Shown one piece after another: positions 63,741 through 64,000 of a stretch of 64,000 nucleotides of DNA (position 1 is the first letter of the stretch; every line of letters begins with the position of its first letter). Location of the stretch: contig CAWEYR010000014.1 in the NCBI GenBank assembly GCA_963813345.1, positions 66,874-130,873 on the forward strand. Direction: 5' to 3'. A model generated the notes under the pieces. That model saw only the letters and a list, made by a program, of their open reading frames with translations. It made no database searches and was not told the origin of the DNA. A program made the translations under genes and the position numbers. Source of the stretch: an uncultured Acidobacteriota bacterium. Lineage in GTDB: Bacteria > Acidobacteriota > Blastocatellia > RBC074.

Positions 63741-64000
63741 CTATCCGAGCTTCTCCTGGGGAGGCTTAACACCTTTCAGACGGAGGTAGATCGTTGTCTG
63801 ACCTCGATGGTGGGTCTGATGTTCGAAGAGCATCGCGAGAATCTGCCATTTCGGGCGGTTATAGCCGAAAAATGCGATCTTCTCATCGAGCTTCGCTTCA
63901 GTTGTTGCCTTCAGCCCCGCGATGACATAATCGTAGCTTTCAAGGACGATCTTGGTGCATGCCCCTTTCGATTTGAGCTCGGCCATGGTCTCCAGGTTCT
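63741..64000 (-). CDS. DinB-family protein, 3' part (5' end beyond the window)
   Basis: The C-terminal FEHQTHHRGQTTIYLRLKG is the DinB/YfiT-type metal-binding helix. The frame stays open to the window edge. Confidence 0.7.
   Translation of the reverse strand, partial: NLETMAELKSKGACTKIVLESYDYVIAGLKATTEAKLDEKIAFFGYNRPKWQILAMLFEHQTHHRGQTTIYLRLKGVKPPQEKLG

Overview
Gene-dense, moderately GC-rich bacterial chromosomal segment. GC was judged by eye, not computed. Gene content and repeat style look Acidobacteriota-like, which is inference only. I support about 50 protein-coding genes. I recognised no rRNA, tRNA, CRISPR array, transposase, integrase or phage gene.

Layout:
(i) 1-10933, minus strand: a translationally coupled 9-gene lipid operon. 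In transcription order: HAD-like/fatty-acyl reductase fusion, thioester-reductase-type SDR, pyruvyl-transferase-like protein, AMP-ligase, crotonase, ACP, second AMP-ligase, DAGK-type lipid kinase, PlsC-type acyltransferase. It has no condensing enzyme. This is my best candidate for an undescribed system (fatty-alcohol/ether-glycerolipid route).
(ii) 11.1-15.6 kb: a small Cys-rich secreted ORF, a TonB-dependent receptor and a BNR/sialidase-like protein.
(iii) 15.8-34.4 kb: housekeeping and miscellaneous genes (thpR, molybdopterin oxidoreductase, PLD/cardiolipin-synthase-like, yihY, hemL, rlmB, class-A beta-lactamase-like, ppdK, recO, MATE).
(iv) 34.6-49.5 kb, minus strand: a tightly packed MoxR / DUF58 / BatA-N / VWA / DUF4159 / DUF4175-like operon with protease-like extras.
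(v) 49.8-56.4 kb: MFS transporter, crotonase, ICMT-DUF3108 fusion and an LPS-core heptose block (two GT9 genes plus gmhB).
(vi) 56.5-64 kb: an M1-like protein lacking its zinc ligands, HtrA, TPR proteins and DinB.

Two window-wide properties matter for interpretation:
- At least 20 single-gene frame disruptions, several at homopolymer or dinucleotide runs. They hit housekeeping genes too, so consensus indel error is more likely than real decay.
- At least six families of palindromic REP/MITE-like repeats fill most of the larger intergenic gaps, including gaps inside operons.

Split genes are reported as one merged span each.
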